A stretch of 64,000 nt of DNA, taken from positions 1,550,001 through 1,614,000 of the forward strand of contig SMSO01000025.1 in NCBI GenBank assembly GCA_004764695.1, given 5' to 3'. A program made the translations under genes and the position numbers. Each line of letters begins with the position of its first letter. Within the stretch, counting starts at the first letter, position 1. The DNA comes from Schizochytrium sp. TIO01 (taxonomy: Eukaryota > Protista > Bigyra: Labyrinthulomycetes). The notes beneath the pieces were generated by a model. It searched no databases. It had not been told where the DNA came from and saw nothing but the letters and a program-made list of their open reading frames with translations. Shown here one piece after another: positions 62,789 to 64,000 of the stretch.

Positions 62789-63869
62789 CTTGACCACCTC
62801 GGTAGTTAGAGTTCTATGCAAATGAGCTCGATGCCAATGCCTGTTTTGCTTTGTGCAGTTTAGCTTCAAACCACGCACCAAACTTAAGTTTAACTTTTGA
62901 GAGTCAAACTCAAGTTGCGAAGCCTTTGTGCACCTACTAGGGTTCAACCTTCTAGGCTCTATTGACCTTGCCGCTGCAAAGCTCTTTGCAATGCGGTTTT
63001 GCGTCATGGTGGTTGAGCTCTTCCAAAGCTCTTTCGCTACAGTTGAGTTTTTTTTAAGAATAAATGTTGTGAACAGAACCAGCATTTCGCCCAAAGTGAT
63101 TCGCAGCCGGGTCTTTTCGAGTACGAAAAGAATCCTTAAGTAGTCTAGGCGCCTCGTGCTGGCACCAGGTCTTTGTGGTCCGAGAGGCTGAGTCAAAACC
63201 AGGCTGTGGCACTCTCGCATCATCTTGGAGTCTGGTGAGCTCGCATTTTCTAAGAGCATTCCATTCACTCACTTCCCTTTCCCTCTTACTTTCCCTTGAA
63301 CCAGAGTTCTTTTTTATTGCTGTTCTTATCTTATTTCTAACGTTTAAGGCCATAATTAACGACGTGTACGAGCGAGCATCAACAGCAGAGCAGAAGGTGC
63401 CGGAAATTAGACTCGTCATGGGCCTTTAGCACGTTAGCTACTTCGACAAGAGACAAATTCAAGAAAGGCCATATCTTCAGTAAGTGGGACCTTGAGCCCA
63501 TCTTCGAGAAGCGTGTCGGGAATTCGGCCTTTCGGACATCTTCAGCCGCTCCACACTAGTGTCTATACCTTAAATTGCTAGAAGTTTGCCATTTTATTGC
63601 CGCTACCGCTGATCCCAGACGAGAGTTCTTTCGATTGTGCGTGTAAATCCGTAACAACGTGAGGCGCTGCACGAGCAGTATATCAACAGCAGGTCGGTGA
63701 AGGCTGGCGTCGAGGTTGACACTTGCTGCTTATGAGACCTTAAGGTGATAGACTTGGGGTAATACTTCAAGAGCTGCGACAGCAAAGGCGTGGGCTTAAG
63801 TTAGATTTTCCAAGAGAAGGCCTTCTTCTGCGAGAGGTACAGTAGTCAACCTGCACGTGGAGAACGCTC

Positions 63870-64000
63870 ATGGGGTTTTCAGGTGAAATCGTGAGTGCCT
63901 CTGGTCATTATGAGGAGTTTGTTTGCGCAATATGCGTGCAGCTGGTAGACTTGCATGAAAGCGTGTTGACAAGCTGTTCTCATGTGTACTGCAGTTCATG
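63870..64000 (+). CDS. 5' end of a C3HC4 RING-finger (TRAF-type-like) E3 ligase gene, truncated by the window edge
   Basis: Manual translation from the ATG at 63870 gives MGFSGEIVSASGHYEEFVCAICVQLVDLHESVLTSCSHVYCSS(C/W), i.e. C-x2-C-x13-C-x-H-x2-C-x2-[C]. Not in the ORF track. Confidence 0.8.
   Translation, partial: MGFSGEIVSASGHYEEFVCAICVQLVDLHESVLTSCSHVYCSS

Noticed and set aside
53025-63268. NDK/AK fusion and dCTP deaminase as a nucleotide-metabolism cluster
   Set aside because: They are 4 kb apart with a tRNA between them, and the NDK domains look catalytically dead and structural.
63340-63830. Protein-like fragments (DKFKKGHIFSKWDLEPIFEKRV; DLKVIDLG resembling kinase subdomain VII)
   Set aside because: Scattered across frames with several stops and no other kinase motifs; cannot be supported without a homology search.

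Overview
Eukaryotic, intron-poor genomic DNA. The gene set and the (GATT)n/(GCAA)n/(GCGT)n/TAGGTA-rich intergenic DNA suggest a flagellated stramenopile, probably a thraustochytrid; this is inference, not a database result. The left half holds one gene (a WRKY19-like Cys/His zinc-finger putative regulator, minus strand) followed by about 28 kb with no recognisable gene. That interval contains microsatellites, quasi-regular AT-rich islands and a few relic-looking frames. The right half is gene-dense: ILVBL/HACL2-type ThDP lyase with a PTS2 motif, ARMC9, a 2xFN3-nucleoredoxin with an N-terminal CxxxxC motif, a bacterial-type MFS transporter, HSD17B10, SAS10/UTP3, TIM22 (apparent frameshift), a TPR-like hypothetical protein, a ~1480 aa pseudo-NDK/Dpy-30/adenylate-kinase fusion (apparent frameshift), an intron-containing tRNA-Leu(UAG), a bacterial-type dCTP deaminase, and the start of a RING-finger gene that the ORF track missed. 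No CRISPR array, rRNA or intact transposon was recognised. All family assignments come from motif recognition by eye.
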